Source: Pelomyxa schiedti (taxonomy: Eukaryota > Protista > Evosea). Taken from it: a DNA stretch of 64,000 bases. A program made the translations under genes and the position numbers. This document shows positions 56,965 to 64,000 of the stretch, in pieces. A model generated the notes under the pieces. The model ran no database searches and had not been told where the DNA came from. It saw only the letters and a program-made list of their open reading frames with translations. Numbering within the stretch: the first letter of the stretch is position 1; each line of letters begins with the position of its first letter. The DNA is taken from assembly GCA_020536535.1 (NCBI GenBank), contig JAHLWZ010000844.1, forward strand, positions 1 through 64,000. The letters are read 5' to 3'.

Positions 56965-58045
56965 ATTTGCTGCTGCTGGGCCTGTGGTTGCTGAGGCTGG
57001 GCAGGAGAACGAGGGGGTTGGTCCTTGGGACTGGGAACGGGGTTGGGAGTGGCAGAAGGAGAATGGGAGGGAGCGATATTGGGATTGGGGGTGGAATTGG
57101 GAGCAGGGGCGGGGGCGGGGGCGGGGGCGGGGGGCTCCGCGGCGGCTACGGCGACGGGGATGGGCACTGGAACGGGTAACTCAAGTGGGTGGGGCTGAGA
57201 AAGCAGTTGGGGCTCACTTGACTCCTGTTCTCCGCCTTGGTCATCCGGCTCATGTTCCTGCTGGTTTTCATGGTTCTCATTCTCTTGCTTGTGTTCATCC
57301 CCATTTGCGGCTGTAGTGGCATTCACATTCGCATTTGAAGTTGCATTTGCATTTTCATTTGAATTTGCAGTTTCGTTTTCGTTTTCGCTTGCAGTTGCAT
57401 TAACGTTCGCATTCACGGGTCCCTCCTGTTCACGAGCTTCTCCTTGGTCTTGGTAGTTTTCTTGGCGTTGTTGGTTTTGCTGTTGTTGTTGCTGTTGTTG
57501 TTGTTGTTGTTGTTGTTGGTGTAATTGCTGTTGGATCAGATACTGTTGCATCTGATGTTGTCGTTGGAGTTGGGCCTGAGCCTGTTGCATCTGGTACTGT
57601 TGTTGTTGCTGTTGGCGCTGCAGTTGCATTTGCATTTGCATTTGCATTTGGTACTGGGGGTCTGCAACTTGCTCGCGGCCTTCGTCCTCCGACTCGTCGC
57701 CCTCGTCCTCCCCGCCGCTCTGCCCGCCCTCGGGGTCGCTGCCCCCACTTTCGTCGTCGTCATCCTCCTCGGTTGGGGGTGTGTTTGTGATATCAGGCTT
57801 TTGTTGCTGTTGCTGCTGCTGGTCAGCGTCGTAGCGCTGCCGTGTGTTGCTCGAAGTGGCCTGTGGTGCAACATAGGTGGGTTAGTGGGCGGTTTTACGG
57901 CATGGGTGGGCAGGGGAAAAAAGAGGGGATGGGTGGGGTGGCAAAAAATGGTATTGGGAGCGAACAGATGCGAAAAAAGCAAGCGAAAGGCACGAAAAAA
58001 ACAAAATAAAATATGTAAAAAAAGGTGTCGGCACGTGCGGACCAT
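55355..58045 (-). CDS. Gln/Pro-rich protein with an acidic N-terminus and a C-terminal CCHC zinc knuckle (probable transcription regulator)
   Basis: The large ORF extends upstream to an acceptor at 57861; ATG at 58045 is followed directly by GT; spliced YRCSK|CLQLKRGHKC; KRPR NLS-like motif. Confidence 0.7.
56080..57650. repeat. Coding microsatellites: many poly-Q (CAG/CAA) tracts plus QA, PA and QM dipeptide repeats
   Basis: Directly visible, e.g. (GGCCTG/GGCTTG)n at 56616-56684. Confidence 0.9.
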
Positions 58046-58322
58046 TTTAAACAGTTTGGTTTTTTAAAATTTTTAATTTTTTGTTTTTGTTTTTTAATTC
58101 TCCGTTGGTAATTATGTGTTCCTGATTGGAGGAAAGACAGGGGCACCCAAGGCCCCATCGTCCAAGGCACCCCCGTACCACTCCCCTGAGGTGGCTTCCC
58201 CAGTCTCAAGCCATTCTCTACCACCAATTTTCGTTTTCTCCGATCTGCTGGTTGGAACGGCGAAAATCCTCCGCTGAACTTTCGTTGTTTTGGGCCCTTG
58301 TTTCTTGTTTTCTTCATTTGGA

Positions 58323-61300
58323 GATGACGAGCAAAGCGACGGTGGACGCGACACCCGCTACTGCCAAGCAGCCGACTACATCTTCGTCGGCCAGTGCGGC
58401 AACCGCCGCGTCGCCGGCGGTGGTTTCGCAGGAGATCACTATGAAGCTCGAGCCCGTGGAGGGCATTGTGGCCACGTTGGGGAGAAGGACCAGATACACC
58501 GCAGTCGACGTCACCCAAAATTTAATTGTCATGGTGTGTTTAAAAGTGCCTCGTCTGGCAGATTCCCTCTTTTCCTCTCTTTTTACTTTCATTTTTTTTT
58601 TTTTTTTTTTTAACCGTTGTGTGCCAAAAGGGTGCGAATACGGGAACTATCAGTTTCTTTTCTCGTGAGGACTCGTCTTATATTGAATCCGTTACCATTG
58701 AGGAGATCCCGGAACGAATAACTCGCATTAAATTCGCTCCGCAATCTGCTGTTCAGCCAACGCCCACGAGCTCCGTGGCTGCTTCGTCTGGAGTACCTGG
58801 CGTGACCACAGTGACACCAGGGGGGCCAAAAGTGCTGCCCCAAAGAGTCGTCGTGGCAGTTGCTTCTCAGGGCGTCATATTTTTGGTCGAGTGCATGTTC
58901 CAATCACTTAGGTGAGCGACTCACTTTGTTGTACTCGTTTGTGTGTAACTGACGTCACTTTAGGGATAAGTGCGCTCATGTGCTCACAAAAATTACTCTG
59001 CACAGAGAAGGAAAACAGCCAAAGTAAATAGATTAGTACCACGGCATTAACCACTTACCCCTCCTAGCGCGACTGTGGACCCTGAAATTACTGCACTTGA
59101 ATGGGACAAACTTGGGGAAAAGCTCTTTTCTGGGGATGACATTGGACAAGTCATCATGGTGCCTGGTCTGAACTTGTATCACTCAATCTTTCAACGGATA
59201 CCAAGCTTTAGTTTACATTTCCCCAAGGTCAAAAAGTAGAACTCCCAAAGTTTTTACTGGGGCCAAAGTTATTTTCCGGGCAACAAGCCGCATTGTTCAG
59301 ATTTGCATTGATTCCTCAGGCACTCTTGTGCTTGTGTCAGATTTGACAAGAACTTGCCTGGTGGAGCCTTTTGAAAAAACAGAGAGATCCAGACAAGTGA
59401 GATTTCTTTCTATGGTGCAAAGAAAGTGGAGTACTTACTGACTGGCAGATTGGAAAATTCCTCCGTGAAGGACCTTATGGAGCCTGCTTCGATCCCTCAA
59501 ATAGCACACGTGCAATACTGGCAAGGCCAAGCAGAAGGCTCTTTTCTGCTGCAGTAGAGACCTGCAGTGTTCAAAATACCTTGATTTTCAATACTGTCTC
59601 AGCGTCCCCTTTTATGCTTCCTAGTATTTCACAATAATTTGAAAAAACCTTGCCCTCATCAAGCACTAGAAAGTCCTGATTCAACTGTACCTCAATCATC
59701 ATACAACTTCTCCCGCCTTATTGCCCTAAAAGACAAATATATCATTTCGTGGGGTGAGGATGGACTCACTTTCATTCGTCTATCTCCAGCTGCCCCTATT
59801 GCCTGGTATCCAGAATTTTCTGGTATGTCAAATGACAATTACCAAGACATTTTAAGGTGAACCACCAATCCAACAGATGTTTGTGATATAGCACTCCATG
59901 AAAACACAATTTTTTTGATATATGGCTCATCCAAATCTGTGGCAAAACTATTGATCATATGTAAAGAAACAGAACAAACGCAACTCAGTTCCTCTACCCC
60001 ACCCCCAGTCACCACCCCAACCATCACAACCCCAATTGCCATCCAACCCCCACAAGTAACTCCCCTCGCACCACAGGTAACTTCCCCCACATCACAAATT
60101 ACTCTACCTGCAAGACCAGCAACCCCACCATTTGTAACTACGAAATTGACCCTTCCCCAGCCGCCAGCAGCTTCTCCAGGAGACTCCAGTATAGAACAAA
60201 CACCACTCCCAAGCTCTGTGCCAAATCCAGTCCCCAGTGACATATCGGTCACACATAATACCACACCAACCATTCCTGATGCCCCGAACCAATCTTCGAG
60301 TCCCACTCCCATTCCTCCCTCGGATCTTTCTTTCAATCCCAATCGCATGGAGACACCAAATTCTTCAGCTGGAACCTCTTTTACTCAAATGCCACCTGCC
60401 ACAGATACTTCCACTCCAACAGACAAGTCCTCTGAAACCAATAATACAATTCAAAGTCCTCTTAGTCCTCCCACTGCTACTACCCCAGATACCTCTGACA
60501 CTCCCACCCAACCATCCCTTGGCACACAAACACCGAGCTCTGACCCTCAAGCCCAAATTCCCGTTCTACCAGTGCGAATCCCTGACACCCCAGTCCCAAT
60601 TTCCATTCTAAATATCGATCTACCCACTCCAGTCCCTGAAGCTGTGACCCTGAGTACTGACAGCCCAACTCCAATACCCGAAACTCCAGCTACAAGTTCA
60701 GATACATCATCCCCAATTCCCACCACTGATGGTTCTGTGACTTCTACCGATACGGTAGCTGATCCCGCAAATGAGCCAGAAACTGAAACGAGAACAGCCA
60801 CACAAATTGGAATAACCACAGGGATTGGGAGTGAAACCAGCACCAATACTGACACCGACACCGACACCAACACCAACACCGACACCGACACCAACACCAA
60901 CACCGACACCGACACCAACACCAACACCAACACCGACACCGACACTGACACTCAACCAGTTTCCGCTTTTACTGACAATTCCAGCACAGGTCCCATTACC
61001 ACACCCATATCCAACCAACACCACATTGACAACGACAATCTACTTCCAATTGAAACGGATATTACACCCTCCAAAATCTTAGGTATTGTTGGTACAACAA
61101 GCAACACTTGTCACACAGATGACGAAGCTACAATTCCAACAGATACTCAGAAATTCCTTGACACTGGAGTTCCAGCTTCTTCCATCCCACCCCCAATTGA
61201 GGCATCGACGGATACCCCAAAAATAACTGCCCCTGATATTCTCACCAGCACACCTTCCTTTGAGACCTCTGTAACTGGTGTTACAAGTGACCCCAACACA

Positions 61301-64000
61301 GACAGACCTGACACTGCCAATGACACTCAAATTAATGTGGGTAGTGCCACAGATACAGATGCGACCTCCCCTACTCCCACCCCAATACCAATCGCCGATA
61401 CCGATATGGGCACTAAAACTGAAGCACCGGCATCCACAAGCAATACCACTATTTCCGACTCGGAGACAGCCACTTACGCACTTACTGGCACCACGGAGCA
61501 CATTGAAAAGCAAGTTTCAAATGAGCATCCACCATCTCCCGTGAAAACAGAAAAATCTCTAGAACAAGGAAATACCAGTACAGAAAGCACCACGGTTACT
61601 GCTGCCGTTCCCGCTGAAGAATCAACTCCAAAGCTCCAATCAACGTTGCACTTCAGCCTCCCCCCTGCCCACATTGAGCTACCAACTCCCCCAAGTCAGA
61701 CGGTAGAATTTCCCGATGTACCGGACACCCCTACAACCAAAAAAATGCCGGCAGAAATAGATCACCAAACAACGGAGGTACTTACATATTTGCACTCGAA
61801 TCCCGACATTTCCGGTCAGCATGAACCTCAACAACATGCAGACCCGGTGTCCTGGGGCACAGCAGAGTTACTAGTCACTCAAGCAGACACTGCAACCACC
61901 TTGGTGCCATCTTTACTGGGCCACACTCACCCAAGTGTTTCGACATCCAGGGAGGAAATAGTAAAGGAAAAACTGGAGGAACAACTTCAAGCACCGGGCA
62001 CCCTGACGTTGATTTCCGTCACTGAAACATCTTCCTCAGATACCCAAACTCTGCCTGTGACAAATAATACAACTCCTTCAAGCAACCTAGGGGTGGAAGA
62101 AAAACTCCCTCACATTTCATCTGAAGTAGATAGAAAGGTTGTAGACATCCCCAACTCTTCACCACCCCAGGAGGAAGGTTCTAATGCGGTAGAGGTGGCA
62201 ACTACCCTTACTCCACCAGATTCATCACCCCAATTAGGCAAGGGGTTGAATGCAAAAGAGATACCTCTGGAAACTCTCCTTCCCGAGTCCCCATCTTGTC
62301 ATCTGCTGGAGAAACAGCCTGAAACTCAGGCAGCGGCCACTACTGCAACAATTTCCTCTGATCTTTCAACTCCATCCACCCAACCGTTACAAACAGAAAT
62401 TTCCTTCGCAACTCCACCAAAAGACACCCCTGTGAGTGACAAGGTACTCCAACAGTACATGCCCAACATCGCTGAAGACCCAAGTTCAGCTTCCCTAGAG
62501 AGTCATTTTACGAACAACACTCCATTGCAACCAACCACAACATCACCAAATGTACAAGATGAAACTGAATCGCCCTCCAACACTCGACTGTCACAACAAA
62601 TATCAAATCCGGTACAAGATACAGCAGAAAAGGAGCTACCTGTGATCAAACCCCAGAGTACGGACACAAACGAAAATCTTACTGATTTGAGACCCCATAA
62701 AGTAGTGGAAAACCACACTCTGGAGAATCTCCCTGCAACCCCAATCCCTGAGTCACATATAAAACTTCAAATTCGTTTCGCAGAAAATGAAAACCAGCCA
62801 ACCCTGGTGCCACACCTGAGTGACCAACACAATTCAAATCACGAACAAAAAACGGAACAAATTAACACACCCCAAGATACAATTCCTCCGTCTCTGGTAG
62901 AACATGAACCACAGCCACCAGTCACAGATTCAAATCTGGACCCACAGGGAATTTTCCCACCCAATAACCAAGGAGAGGATCAACCCGTTCAAAGTGAATT
63001 GCACTCAGGGACTCAAATGCAACCCGAGAACCCTGCCGAGCTCACTTCACCTGAACAGCCACAGGTAGATAGGCCTGTTGTTGTCACACCAACACCGCAC
63101 CTCGACAAGCTGCCACCTGAACCGAGTGGCAGTACTCTGCCCTGTACAACAAAAGAGTTGCACGAAATACCAGTAGAGCTGAATCACGTTACTGGTGAAG
63201 ATACAAGTTCATTGAACTGTAATGGCATCACCAATCATGACGAAGAGAGACCTCTACATGTGACCCCGTCAATACAAGCGAGTGCTCATCCAACACAAGA
63301 AACAGACAAGAAAATCGTTCAAAGCAAACTGGCATTGAAAAACAAGAAGACAAACGAAAATGAAACTGTGCGAGATGCTTCTTCATCACCGATATTGAAA
63401 TCAGTGACACATCCTCCTGTAACCATTGATTTACTCCCCACTCCTCCAGTGGCTGCCGCAAAACCCTTACCAGACAATACCATCAGTCAAAAACTACCAC
63501 CTGTTACTTCAACAGTTAGTGAACTTGTCATAACCACCCCTGATTGCACATCAAGTCAGGCACCTCAGAGTCAGTCCAAAGCCAGTACCACGCCAACAAC
63601 GTCACACAAGAATACCACTCAGATACCAACAATCCCGACGGTTGGAAAGCAACAAGGGGTACTCCCAAAAACATCGAGCACCACGAAGCCACACACCTCA
63701 GTGGCAGCTCCAACTAAGCCTGCACTCCCCACTCAGCCCACAAGTGCCTCTTCTGTGCAGGTGAAAACTACCTCAGCTCCACCCGCAAGCAAACAACCTG
63801 TGAAGACCCAACCAGTTGCATCCAGCAATGTCCCAACAGTGCAAAATCAACCCAAACCAATTGTAAGCCAGCTTCCATCCTCCACAGTGAAGGAGTCACC
63901 AACAGTCACTCCTCAAAACAAGCAGCCGCCAGGTAAATCTTCTTCTACACCACCTCGCACAGCAAATACAGTACTTTCCGGAACCATGACCAACTCCTCT
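58323..64000 (+). CDS. HPS5/TECPR2-like WD40 beta-propeller protein with a very long T/P/S/E-rich region (truncated by window end)
   Basis: GANTG; [17 protein letters not shown]; IVQI..LVSDLTR; [15 protein letters not shown]; ARPSRRLF; then an apparently open exon from about 59879 to the end. Confidence 0.75.
60845..60951 (+). repeat. Hexamer tandem repeat ACC(G/A)AC encoding (TD/TN)n
   Basis: Directly visible. Confidence 0.9.

Noticed and set aside
60845-60951. Telomere-like or phase-variable repeat
   Set aside because: In-frame hexamer encoding TD/TN within a coding low-complexity region.

Overview
Gene-dense eukaryotic DNA with many short GT-AG spliceosomal introns (mostly about 40-130 nt) and very short intergenic spacers. 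An anaerobic amoebozoan (Archamoebae, Pelomyxa-like) is inferred from Entamoeba-TMK-like kinase modules, a Bacteroidetes-type NagB/PIG-L fusion, a CudA-like protein and the intron style; this is not proven. About 25 genes were spliced by hand. Recognisable ones are a NagB-like/PIG-L fusion, a CudA-like TF, RRP45, an S28 peptidase, a GPCR, a Zn-ADH ending in SKL, Hsp20, an actinobacterial-type PHP hydrolase, a HELLS/DDM1 remodeller, a TOM1-like 7TM protein, a PHO80-like cyclin, a DxD glycosyltransferase-like protein, a 2H phosphoesterase, an SDR, a Q-rich zinc-knuckle protein and an HPS5/TECPR2-like WD40 protein that runs off the window end. Three decayed gene remnants are also present. Best candidates for undescribed biology: (i) three paralogous cytosolic kinases built as H-lectin-like / ankyrin / H-lectin-like / Ig-like / TKL kinase, with the catalytic core encoded by conserved 10-19 nt microexons; (ii) a HELLS/DDM1 ATPase with an HMG box inserted between its helicase motifs; (iii) a predicted N-acylated PD-(D/E)xK nuclease; (iv) a type-I membrane 2H phosphoesterase. 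No rRNA, tRNA, CRISPR array or intact transposon was seen. All domain calls are motif recognition by eye without database searches, and exon boundaries lack transcript support.
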